This document shows, piece after piece, positions 1 through 9,024 of a stretch of 23,694 nucleotides of DNA (the first letter of the stretch is position 1; each line of letters opens with the position of its first letter). Position numbers and translations under genes: made by a program. Under the pieces are notes generated by a model, which had not been told where the DNA came from, ran no database searches, and saw nothing but the letters and a program-made list of their open reading frames with translations. Source of the DNA: an uncultured archaeon. Its GTDB lineage: Archaea; Asgardarchaeota; Lokiarchaeia; Sigyniarchaeales; SOKP01. Location of the stretch: contig CAZBPC010000050.1 in NCBI GenBank assembly GCA_964493715.1, positions 1 to 23,694 of the forward strand. The letters are read 5' to 3'.

Positions 1-2
1 TA

Positions 3-716
3 GAAAGTGCCGAATTAGTAAAATATGGTAATAATTGCTTATTATCTACTAAAATCAGTTACGCTAATGAATTCGCGAATTTTGCTGAGTTAGTGCCTAA
101 TGTAGATATAGCTCAAGTTATGAAAGGAGTAGGGCTCGATTATAGATTGAATCCTAGATTTCTGAATTCAGGAGTTGGTTTTGGAGGTTCTTGCTTTCAT
201 AAAGATGTGAACGCAATAAAGGCATGGTCTAAATCAAAAGGATATACTTCAAGATTATTGGAAGCAGTATTAGCTATTAATGACGATCAAGCAATCCACA
301 TCGTGGATATTGCTGAAGAGTTAGCTGGAAAATTAGCAGGAAAGAAAGTAACCTTATTAGGTCTCGCTTTCAAACCCGGTACAGACGATATGAGAGAAGC
401 CGCTAGTATCAGAGTTGTTAAGGAACTAATCGGAAGGGGTGTAACTGATATTGTTGGATATGATCCTAAAGCTAATGAAACGGCAAAAGAAGAATTGGGG
501 GATAAAATAAAATATGCAAAATCTATTCCAGAAGCTCTAAAAGGGTCTGAATGTGCTTTACTAATAACAGAATGGGATGAATTTAGAAAATTAAAACCAG
601 TTGACTTTATAGCGCACATGAAGATACCAAACCTTGTAGATGGTAGGAGAATCTATGACTATGATGAATTTTATAATTCCCTTCGTTTTAGAGTAATTGG
701 CAAGGTAAATTTATAA
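3..716 (+). CDS. ugd: UDP-glucose/GDP-mannose 6-dehydrogenase family protein, 5'-truncated by the window edge
   Basis: The frame is open from base 3 (ESAELVKYGNNCLLSTKISYANE...), upstream of the ORF-track GTG at 93. It has the catalytic GFGGSCFHKD motif and C-terminal LGLAFKPGTDDMRE, YDP, ITEWDEF and DGRR motifs. Confidence 0.92.
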   Translation, partial: ESAELVKYGNNCLLSTKISYANEFANFAELVPNVDIAQVMKGVGLDYRLNPRFLNSGVGFGGSCFHKDVNAIKAWSKSKGYTSRLLEAVLAINDDQAIHIVDIAEELAGKLAGKKVTLLGLAFKPGTDDMREAASIRVVKELIGRGVTDIVGYDPKANETAKEELGDKIKYAKSIPEALKGSECALLITEWDEFRKLKPVDFIAHMKIPNLVDGRRIYDYDEFYNSLRFRVIGKVNL

Positions 717-747
717 TTTCTCTCTAAATCATAGATCATCAAGTTAT

Positions 748-963
748 TTAACTTGGGTTAAATATCCATTCATTTTTACATTTTTTAGAACAAAAAAAGT
801 GCTTTGCGGGTTCTTGAGCGATATTTATAAAGACAAATTTATAATGTTTTTCGTAACTCTGACTCTGATACTGTTTTAAAGGTTTTCCGCACACTTCACA
901 ATTTTTTTTCAAGATGAACATACTTCCATCTATTTCTTCAGTGGTATAATTTATCAGTTTCAT
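748..963 (-). CDS. Small TRASH/FCS-type (treble-clef) zinc-finger protein, 71 aa
   Basis: ATG start, with a CEVCGK...HFFCSKKCK CxxC/FCSxxC pattern. Convergent with ugd. Confidence 0.65.
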   Translation of the reverse strand: MKLINYTTEEIDGSMFILKKNCEVCGKPLKQYQSQSYEKHYKFVFINIAQEPAKHFFCSKKCKNEWIFNPS

Positions 964-1138
964 TATTTTGATTTTTTAATATCTTCTATTTTATCTGTTT
1001 TACTCTTAATAGTATTCTAGTTTACCTTTAAGATTAATGTTTCCATAATATATTATTATGCATCCCAATGGAAATCTTCATCACAAATTTTTAGCTCTAA
1101 TTTTTATATAAATTGCGTGTTAATGATTTTATTTGAAA

Positions 1139-2485
1139 TTATAATATAGTATCTTTAAATTTGGAATATGATTGATAATGATTACGAAATAAACGCCATA
1201 AGAAATTGATATATAAGATTATTAGAAAAAATGGTAAAATTGGATCAGTAGGAAAAACTGTAAAACCTAATACTACTCCAACTGCAAAATATACAATACC
1301 ATAATAAATAATCTTGTATGTGATAAAATTAGAGATCTTGAGCCTTCTTTTTAGGGATTCCGATTGGATGAAACTTACCTCATCCTCAAATTGAAACAGT
1401 CCAGGAAAAAGTAACATGAATAAAATTAAAAAGTTCAAAAACCAAGAATCTGTAAAATTTATCATTATGATAAGGATGACCATACTTATAAATGCAGGAT
1501 AATTGGTTTTATTCGGAGGGGTAATTAAAAAAATTGAAAATAATAAACTATATAATAAAATTGTGAGAATTAACATGACATTTGGTTCAATGGAAAATGA
1601 ATTGAAGATAAACGAAATTAACCTAGTTATACTGCTACTAGGATAATTTAATAATTGAGCTGTCGAATTAATATTTAAAAATTCAGAGAACAAACCAGGA
1701 TAAACAAAAAAGTATGCAATATTTATCAAATGAGAAAGGATTAAACCGGATAACAGTCTGATTAAAATTTTGAATCTTATTTTTATTTTTTTATCTTCAA
1801 AATATATAACCAATTTTGTTAACAGAGGGATTATTAAAATTGAAAAAGGTTTTAAAGAAATACACAAACCTAATATTACCCCAATTAAAAAATGTTGATA
1901 TTTAATCTTATATTTCTCTCTTCTAATATTTTCAATAAGAAAAATAACGATTAACATCAACAAGATGAAAATATGTGAGATTTGCCCCATAAGTATTAGG
2001 GGTACTTGTAAGGGTGCCATCAAGCATACAAATAACAAATCGCTTTTCTCTTTATTATTATATTTTATATTATAAAATCGTGTTGAAATTAAATATATCA
2101 AATAAAATGAAACTGTTTGAACTAAACCTAACAAAATAGTATGAATTACAAATCCAAGTTCGAAAGGTAATATTGTATATGGTACAAAAAGCAAAGAAAA
2201 GAGAGGTAAGTATCGAAATGGCATATTATAAACCGGTAAAGAATACAATTGTTCTGGATTTGCAATGATTGCTTGAGCAGATTGATAAAATATCTTAAAA
2301 TCATTAGCAATAATGGTGTTCTCAATCGGGATTATTAATGGCACAAAAAAGAAACACAATACCGTGAATATTATATATGCAAGGTTTACAATCAGTGAAT
2401 TTTTTAGAGCCTTAGTTTTTTTGATGTGGACCGTACAGCTCTTAAGGTCTCGTTTTAAGAGACTTAATTCAATATTTTCACTCAT
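1139..2485 (-). CDS. Polytopic membrane glycosyltransferase, GT-C fold, GT87/DUF2029-like
   Basis: Many hydrophobic segments. First-loop NDFKIFY, then FRYLPLFSLLFVP, GQ and (S)LKPF motifs typical of GT87-like proteins. Confidence 0.7.
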   Translation of the reverse strand: MSENIELSLLKRDLKSCTVHIKKTKALKNSLIVNLAYIIFTVLCFFFVPLIIPIENTIIANDFKIFYQSAQAIIANPEQLYSLPVYNMPFRYLPLFSLLFVPYTILPFELGFVIHTILLGLVQTVSFYLIYLISTRFYNIKYNNKEKSDLLFVCLMAPLQVPLILMGQISHIFILLMLIVIFLIENIRREKYKIKYQHFLIGVILGLCISLKPFSILIIPLLTKLVIYFEDKKIKIRFKILIRLLSGLILSHLINIAYFFVYPGLFSEFLNINSTAQLLNYPSSSITRLISFIFNSFSIEPNVMLILTILLYSLLFSIFLITPPNKTNYPAFISMVILIIMINFTDSWFLNFLILFMLLFPGLFQFEDEVSFIQSESLKRRLKISNFITYKIIYYGIVYFAVGVVLGFTVFPTDPILPFFLIILYINFLWRLFRNHYQSYSKFKDTIL

Positions 2486-2650
2486 ATCTTTATAGAAGTT
2501 AATAATCTTAATATATATAATAAAATCTTTTTTTATTTCTATTTGATACTTAATTTTTTATAGATTTCAAAACCATATAAAGGTCGAGATTAATTCATTA
2601 TATCCAATAAACACAATATTTTAAAATAAAAAAAATCTAAATCTACTTAA

Positions 2651-3190
2651 ATGTCAAATAATCTAATACTACCATCTATTGGGATAGTCTTTTTTATCTT
2701 CAGAATTTGGCTCTCAACGTTCAAATTAAAGGATGAACTTCAATTTAGAAGGTTTTATGTTAGTAGATTAGTAAATTATTTCTTCTGTCTGAGTATTATC
2801 TTCAATTTACAAAATCCTGTTTTTAATGTAATATTAGCAGTATGTCTTCCTGCAATGATTTTTACATCAATGTGGGATATCAATTTTTATCGCCATTTTA
2901 AAGGGAGAGACTATTGGAAAAAGAATAAGAGATGGTTATTAGTTGAAAGAATTACAATGCATCCTCCCATACTTATTGTGGGATTTTATATTTATATTAC
3001 GGGCATATGGAACTATGTTCCACCTCGAGATCTGGTAGTATTTGCAATAGGGATTTTGATTGTATATCCTAGCTCATATTTATTAGATGTTCGTCTCAGG
3101 AAGCGATATGAATGGCCAAACGGCCGAGATTTATTATTAGTAATGCTGATCTCAACATTAGGATTTTCCGTGTATTATCTCTTTTATTAA
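2651..3190 (+). CDS. Uncharacterised membrane protein, 179 aa
   Basis: ATG start and about 5-6 hydrophobic segments. No family recognised. Confidence 0.75.
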   Translation: MSNNLILPSIGIVFFIFRIWLSTFKLKDELQFRRFYVSRLVNYFFCLSIIFNLQNPVFNVILAVCLPAMIFTSMWDINFYRHFKGRDYWKKNKRWLLVERITMHPPILIVGFYIYITGIWNYVPPRDLVVFAIGILIVYPSSYLLDVRLRKRYEWPNGRDLLLVMLISTLGFSVYYLFY

Positions 3191-3227
3191 CTCGAGAAAT
3201 TTTATTATTTTTCTTGTTGAATTTGAA

Positions 3228-4829
3228 TTATATTTTATTTTTTATGATTTTTTGAGCTGCAAGTAGGCCGGTAAGAATTGAAATGGGTATTCCAGCAGGA
3301 CTATAAACCCATTGACCTCCCTGCAATACTTTTGGAATTGGCGTTACAACAGAAGCAGATATTTTTAGAAGGTTATTTACTACGGGGACAGGCGCTTCAA
3401 ATGACCAGCCCGTAATCGCCCCTTCAGAGCTTCCTACTCTATTTAAAATGCTTAGAGGTGTTGATGAAAAACGGAAAAGAATCTTTTCCTTGAGTCCTAG
3501 ATAAATAGTTTTTGACAGAATCTCTAAAATGCGATTTTCGACTTCAATTTTAAATTCTTCATACCAAGAAGCTTCTTGAACTTTTTTTATCAATTCATAT
3601 TCAAAGAGCATACTAACAATTAGACCGGTTTTTCCTTGCGGAGCTAACGAGGGATCTCTAAGTGCAGGAATTGATATCTCATAGGTATTTAATTGACAAA
3701 ATTTATCTAACCACTGTAAAATCTCTTCTCTTGGTTTATCTTCAAAATTCTCAATTAAAGAATATAGTTCCGAACGATGCATTTCTCCTAAACCTTTTTT
3801 CGAGGGAGTATAAAAGAAATGACCTTTAGAAATAGATTTGAATTTTTCCAGAGGTTCATCTACCCCTATGAACAAGGCAAAAATTGAATCCCCACCTCGA
3901 TTTGAAAATATCTTTTCTTTTTGAATAGTAATTTTGCGAGAAATTTTTTCCTCTAAATTGTCTGTTTTTAGTCTTTGATAAAGTGTTTTTAAATCCGCGC
4001 ACCAAATGAGATAATCATATGAATAAGTAGTACCATTAATATCTTTTATTTTATATTCAGAAGAAATGATCTCGGATATTTCTGTTTCTGTTTGGATCAC
4101 TCCTCCCCATTCAATAACTTTTTGTTTAATTGCTTTTGGTAATTCTCCTGTACCACCTTTTGGGTAGAAATAATCAAGATAAACATAAAAATAGCCCAAT
4201 GCAAAAAAAGTAGGGGTATTTTTAAAAAAATGTTGGGCGATAATATCAATAAGCGATCGGTTGGATAAGATTTTGTTCAAAAAATTTTCGATTGGTTCGT
4301 TCAATCGATTCATTCGACGAACTGCAAGCAAAAATTTTCCCATCCATGGAAGTAATTCTTTAAAGAGAAAAGCTTTGTCTTTCTTTAAATCCCTAAAAAT
4401 AGGATTATCAATCCCATATAAAATAGCCATATCTTTTAGTACTTTTTCTATGAAAGAGATTATTTTATCAATGTCTTCTATACTTTCAGGATATAATTTT
4501 TCTAGTAAACTTTTATAGTCATTCAAGCTGTCTCTTGAAATAATATTAATAACATTATTTTCAATACCAATTGAGACGGGGCTGTTAAGAAGTTCAAGTT
4601 TAATTCCGAGATCATTTAACATTGGGTGAAGTATCCCAGAATTCTCAATAGATCTGGCACCTCCATCAAAAGTAAACCTATCGCGTTGAAAGGAATTTAG
4701 GAGACCCCCACAATCTTTATTTTTTTCAATCAAAAGAACTTCATATCCTGCTCTTGATAAATAAGCAGCAGCGGTCAATCCTGCCATCCCCGCACCAACT
4801 ATAACAATTCGACATTCTTTTTCGTTTAT
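3228..4829 (-). CDS. FAD/NAD(P)-dependent oxidoreductase, phytoene dehydrogenase/retinol saturase-like (COG1233 type)
   Basis: Rossmann VIVGAGMAGL...EKN..GG, plus FDGGA, YPKGG, DPSLAPQGK and C-terminal GQWVYSPAGIP. Start placed at ATA 4829 (SD-like AGGTGG 6 nt upstream, overlapping the upstream TAA); the ORF-track TTG at 4862 is the alternative. Confidence 0.85.
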   Translation of the reverse strand: MNEKECRIVIVGAGMAGLTAAAYLSRAGYEVLLIEKNKDCGGLLNSFQRDRFTFDGGARSIENSGILHPMLNDLGIKLELLNSPVSIGIENNVINIISRDSLNDYKSLLEKLYPESIEDIDKIISFIEKVLKDMAILYGIDNPIFRDLKKDKAFLFKELLPWMGKFLLAVRRMNRLNEPIENFLNKILSNRSLIDIIAQHFFKNTPTFFALGYFYVYLDYFYPKGGTGELPKAIKQKVIEWGGVIQTETEISEIISSEYKIKDINGTTYSYDYLIWCADLKTLYQRLKTDNLEEKISRKITIQKEKIFSNRGGDSIFALFIGVDEPLEKFKSISKGHFFYTPSKKGLGEMHRSELYSLIENFEDKPREEILQWLDKFCQLNTYEISIPALRDPSLAPQGKTGLIVSMLFEYELIKKVQEASWYEEFKIEVENRILEILSKTIYLGLKEKILFRFSSTPLSILNRVGSSEGAITGWSFEAPVPVVNNLLKISASVVTPIPKVLQGGQWVYSPAGIPISILTGLLAAQKIIKNKI

Positions 4830-5773
4830 TCTAAACCACCTAACTGAATGCTTAATTCCCAAAGTTCTTCTGCAACCTCTTTATCCAAAGCTGGAGGTGC
4901 TGGTTCTTCTTCTGCAGTAAGTCTAAAAAATTTTCCACTCACACCTTCAATTTCTTTTGAAACTCCGAGATAATACAAAGCTTTAGCGGATATTTCAGGT
5001 GATTTTGTAGATCGATCGACAAAAACATGTTTAAAAAATCTATATGTTCTTCCATTATTTTCTCCCATGTTGGTTTTTACACTCCCAGGATGCATAGCAT
5101 TTATTGTTACTCCGCTGTCTTTGAAATACTCATCAAATTTAATCATTGAAAGAAGTTGAGCTGTTTTAGCTGCTCCATAACTACGCAAACCTCCATAATT
5201 ATGCTTTTCCCAGTCGAGATCATCTAATCTCAACCCAAAAATAGCAAAACGGTGACCTTCGGAATTTACAAATATAATTCTTGTCTTATCCTGAGCTTTT
5301 AGTTTATCCTTTAATATATAATTTAAAATAAAAGATCCAAGATAATCTACTTGAAAAACAAGTTCAATATCATCTTCAGTAAACAATTTTTTTGTTGAAA
5401 AAACCCCTGCGTTATGAATAAAAACGTCAATTTTTAAATTGGAATCTAAAAGCTCATAACCAACTTTCTGTACATCGGAAATACGGGCAAAATCCGCAAT
5501 CTTATATTCACATTCTACCCCAAAATCTTGATGAATTTCTTCGCATAAGCTTATTGATTTTTCTTCATTTCGATTTATCAATAAAAGATTAGCTCCATGT
5601 GAAGCGTACTCTTTTGCAGTATAATAGCCGATTCCAGATGTTGCCCCTGTAATAACCACTCGTCTGTCTCTAAAGTCTTCATGGCATTCCTTAAGTTTTG
5701 CTTTTTTATTCTTACGCATAGCACGCATCTTAGATATCTTATACTCTTTTAAATATTTATTCAAGCGAATCAC
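4826..5773 (-). CDS. Short-chain dehydrogenase/reductase, retinol-dehydrogenase-like classical SDR
   Basis: TGATSGIG, HNAG, catalytic YGAAK and HPGSVKT motifs, with a C-terminal AEELWELS helix. Start is GTG 5773 (GTGA overlap) or TTG 5764 (after SD-like GGGTGAT). Confidence 0.9.
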   Translation of the reverse strand: MIRLNKYLKEYKISKMRAMRKNKKAKLKECHEDFRDRRVVITGATSGIGYYTAKEYASHGANLLLINRNEEKSISLCEEIHQDFGVECEYKIADFARISDVQKVGYELLDSNLKIDVFIHNAGVFSTKKLFTEDDIELVFQVDYLGSFILNYILKDKLKAQDKTRIIFVNSEGHRFAIFGLRLDDLDWEKHNYGGLRSYGAAKTAQLLSMIKFDEYFKDSGVTINAMHPGSVKTNMGENNGRTYRFFKHVFVDRSTKSPEISAKALYYLGVSKEIEGVSGKFFRLTAEEEPAPPALDKEVAEELWELSIQLGGLE

Positions 5774-6210
5774 CCGAATTTTTTCTTTATAAACTTACGA
5801 TATCTTTCTGCAAATAAAGGTATATTGTCAATAATATCACCCCATAAATCGTAGTAATCGCGTTGTTCAATAATTTTACCCTCTTCATTTAAAGTTAGCC
5901 GACTTGCTCCGAATAATTTCGAGTTTGGATATTTCTTAAAACTTAATCTCATCACCCATTCAAAAAAAATTATTTTCCCTTCAAAAAGAATGTTGACAAT
6001 TTTCATCTCCAAATCTTGAGATCGCTCAACTAATCGCTCAGTCATCTCTTTAAATTCTTTCATACCTCGAATTTCTTGAATTGTATCGCGGAAATAAATA
6101 TTCTCATCATAATATGGGAGAATATGTGACCAATCAGGTCTACCTTTAGTATTGTAAATATTTGTCCAAAGTTCGACAAATTGATCTTTGCTTTCAATTC
6201 GTTTGCTCAA
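5770..6210 (-). CDS. NTF2-like/SnoaL-like protein, 146 aa
   Basis: YDENIYFRD near the N-terminus and GASRLTLNEEGKIIEQRDYYD near the C-terminus are typical of SnoaL-like folds. TTG start. Confidence 0.82.
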   Translation of the reverse strand: MSKRIESKDQFVELWTNIYNTKGRPDWSHILPYYDENIYFRDTIQEIRGMKEFKEMTERLVERSQDLEMKIVNILFEGKIIFFEWVMRLSFKKYPNSKLFGASRLTLNEEGKIIEQRDYYDLWGDIIDNIPLFAERYRKFIKKKFG

Positions 6211-6435
6211 AATAATCTCTCATAATTTAATTTGATATAAATGTAAAAAATATAAATACGTTAATAAATCATAATATTTGTTTTTATAGATTCCACTAAT
6301 TCATCATAATATCTCTATTTTTAAAAGGTCTTTTATGAGATTCCGGTATTGAGAAGACTACTAGTCGGAAAAAAACACCTATTTTAACAACTTCAGCAAA
6401 TCTATTTAGTTTATGTGTAGGACTCTTGATATTCT

Positions 6436-7890
6436 CTACCACGAATTTTTCATAATATCTTTTTTCAACATTATTTTAGCATTAAATATTCTGGTCTTTT
6501 TTTTTAACATTGAAACACCTTGTACTGCTTCTTCAATACTATGAAAAACTGGGATGTTTGACAACTCTAAAGCTTCAGTTATAGCACCATACTTGGGAAT
6601 GTAAGGAATAAAACATACAACGGGTTTTTTTGAAATAGAAACCGTATTCGCTATTCTTCTCCCTATCTGAAAAGAAATGGAAGGAGTGTAAGGTAAAATT
6701 AATACGATAATACATTCCACGCGTTCGATATTAGATAAGTAAGTTATGATATATTCTATATCTTCATCTTTAGCAGATCCAGTAAGATCTATAGGATTTC
6801 CAAATGTGGATATATTTTTCGCAACAGGATTTACTAGTTCTCTCATTTCTTGTTGTTCTTTTAGAGTAAAATTCATTGCATTTAGGTCATAATTCTTTAA
6901 TAAATCCGCGCAAATAACACCATGACCACCAGAGATCGATAGTATTGCCACATTGCCATTATATACCGTATTAGGATCGAATGGTTTTTTCTTGCGAGCC
7001 AAAACATCTAATAATTTCAAGTCAGTTAACAATTCAAGCTCATTAAATGGTTGTGTTACAAGATTTTGCTTTAATGCTGCTTGAAGGATCTTCTCATTGC
7101 CAGAAAGACTTGCGGTATGAGACTGAGTCGCTTTCTTTCCCTTATCAGACAAACCACCGAAATATACGATGACATCATCTCCAGACTCTCTTGATAACTT
7201 GAGAAAGTCCCTACTTTTTAAGGGTTTAAATCCTTCCAAATAAAACGCAATATTAGAAGTTTCTTTGTCTTGTTTACTAAAATATTCTAAAAGCATTGTT
7301 TCATCTACAACTGCTCGATTTCCTATTGAAACAGCAGTAGAAACTCCAATGTTAATTTGATTAAATTTATGAAAGAATTGGTCCACTAAAACTCCACCTG
7401 ATTGGCTTATTAATGCAACTGAACCTTTTGGGGGACATGTAATACGTTCCGTAGGCATGAAAATAGTGTCCAATAAAGGGGGCGAATAAACACCTATGCA
7501 ATTCGGACCGAGTACTGCAATGTCATTATCTGTGGCAATTTGGACAAGTTTTTCTTGACGTTTTACACCTTCTCCACCAATCTCAGCAAATCCACCACTA
7601 ATGATTATACATCCCGGGATCTTATAATCCGCACATTGTTGCACATAGTCTAAAGTTACTTCTGCTGGTATTGCTATAACTAATACATCTGGAATTTTAG
7701 GTAATTCTTCTATTTTAGTAAAAAGTTTTACACCTTCCACTTCTCCTCCATCGGGATGAATCCCAAAAACTTCGACTTGCATTTCAAAGAAATTTTTAAT
7801 GAAAATTATCCTTCCTGGACTTAGGGGATTCTTTTTGCTTATACCGACAACAGCCATTGTTTTAGGTCTAAAAAGGCTTTGTAAATCCAT
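6436..7890 (-). CDS. Acyl-CoA synthetase (NDP-forming) alpha subunit / CoA-binding protein
   Basis: LFRPKTMAVVGIS CoA-binding start, ISGGFAE, GPNCIG, SQSGG, SIGN, YLEG, phospho-His SHTASL, SGGHG and GNPIDLTG. No ATP-grasp domain. ATG 7890 preferred over GTG 7899. Confidence 0.88.
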   Translation of the reverse strand: MDLQSLFRPKTMAVVGISKKNPLSPGRIIFIKNFFEMQVEVFGIHPDGGEVEGVKLFTKIEELPKIPDVLVIAIPAEVTLDYVQQCADYKIPGCIIISGGFAEIGGEGVKRQEKLVQIATDNDIAVLGPNCIGVYSPPLLDTIFMPTERITCPPKGSVALISQSGGVLVDQFFHKFNQINIGVSTAVSIGNRAVVDETMLLEYFSKQDKETSNIAFYLEGFKPLKSRDFLKLSRESGDDVIVYFGGLSDKGKKATQSHTASLSGNEKILQAALKQNLVTQPFNELELLTDLKLLDVLARKKKPFDPNTVYNGNVAILSISGGHGVICADLLKNYDLNAMNFTLKEQQEMRELVNPVAKNISTFGNPIDLTGSAKDEDIEYIITYLSNIERVECIIVLILPYTPSISFQIGRRIANTVSISKKPVVCFIPYIPKYGAITEALELSNIPVFHSIEEAVQGVSMLKKKTRIFNAKIMLKKDIMKNSW

Positions 7891-7965
7891 TTTTTTCACA
7901 AAGATATTTAATTTTTAAGTTCGTTTTTATATGAATTAAAAAAATCAAAATTTATAAGGATTTTT

Positions 7966-8805
7966 TCATCTAAATTGGTAAAAAAATTCGATTTCTTCAA
8001 GTGTGAGATTAATCTCTGCTGCTTTTGCATTATCAATTACATGCTTAATATTGAATGCTTTAGGAATCGTGATAATGTTTTTATGATTAATTAACCATGC
8101 AATTGCAATTTGCTGAATAGTTGCATCATATTTATCTGATAAAGATTTTAACTTTTTACTAATATCTCCTTTTAGATTTGAATATCCTTTGTGTGCGAGT
8201 GGACTATATGCAGTTACCGTTATGTTATTTTTTTGATAATAAGGTAAAGATTCATGTATGTGTTTTTGAGTTGTAATATTAATATGTAGTTGATTATTGA
8301 CCAATTCTTCACTTTTAAGAGCTTCTTGAGCTTCCTTAAATTGCTCCAAGCTAAAGTTACTTACTCCTATATATCGAGTTTTTCCTTCCTTAACAAAAGT
8401 TTCGAAGACTTCCATTTCTTTTTTAATAGAAATGAGTTTTGAGGGCCAATGAACTAAATAGAGATCTACGTGATCCAAGTTTAATCTTTTTAAACTCTTT
8501 TCGAGTGCTTTTTTTATTGAATTCTTTCTAAAATGAAGAGGGAAAAGTTTAGTGGTGATAAATAAGTCATCACGAGGATACTCTTTAATTACTTCACCCA
8601 ATACTTCTTCTGCTTTACCGAATCCATAAAACTCGGCGGTATCTAAATGAGTCATACCCAATTCAATGCCCTTTCTTAAAGTTATTTTAATCTCATCATA
8701 AAAAGTTTTACCCTTAGACAGTCCCTTTCGTCTTGAGAGACCCCAAAGACCTTGTCCTAAAACGGGGATTTGTTCTCCAGTCTTAGCTAATTCAATTTTT
8801 CTCAT
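7966..8805 (-). CDS. Aldo/keto reductase
   Basis: Catalytic tetrad in DTAEFYG, ITTK and LVHWP, plus IGVSNFS, AYSPL and IPKA. Confidence 0.93.
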   Translation of the reverse strand: MRKIELAKTGEQIPVLGQGLWGLSRRKGLSKGKTFYDEIKITLRKGIELGMTHLDTAEFYGFGKAEEVLGEVIKEYPRDDLFITTKLFPLHFRKNSIKKALEKSLKRLNLDHVDLYLVHWPSKLISIKKEMEVFETFVKEGKTRYIGVSNFSLEQFKEAQEALKSEELVNNQLHINITTQKHIHESLPYYQKNNITVTAYSPLAHKGYSNLKGDISKKLKSLSDKYDATIQQIAIAWLINHKNIITIPKAFNIKHVIDNAKAAEINLTLEEIEFFYQFR

Positions 8806-9024
8806 ATCTTTAATTCTATAATTAAAAAATTTAACTTAGCTCATTATAAATTATAAATTAAAATTGTATAGTCCTTTATTTAACCAATTAATTCAAAAAC
8901 CAAATTGAAATTTATAAGATAAATACGAGGATAATAAAATTATGGTTTTTGATGAAAATTTTGAAACAACAACAATAACATTAAGAAAATTTTACGATTA
9001 ACAAGAAAGAAATAGTAATAATAA

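Noticed and set aside
963-1046. Minus-strand 27-codon frame METLILKVN*NTIKSKTDKIEDIKKSK with an internal TAG, ending in a TAATG overlap with the Zn-finger gene (possible amber readthrough)
   Set aside because: Very short with no recognisable family. TAG serves as an ordinary stop at 6436 and nothing else supports recoding.
6220-6460. Four copies of TCATAAT (two extended to TCATAATATCT) and a weak TTCCG...CGGAA stem
   Set aside because: Irregular spacing, AT-rich and noticed post hoc; one copy is inside a CDS. Not CRISPR-like or IS-end-like.
6497-6505. A9 run (A AAA AAG slippery-like) near the end of the acyl-CoA synthetase gene
   Set aside because: A -1 shift here reaches TAA within a few codons, so it does not access the downstream open frame.
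2481-8812. Identical 12-mer CTCATATCTTTA spanning the start codons of two minus-strand genes (2481-2492 and 8801-8812)
   Set aside because: Only two AT-rich copies, partly constrained by the ATG; compatible with chance.
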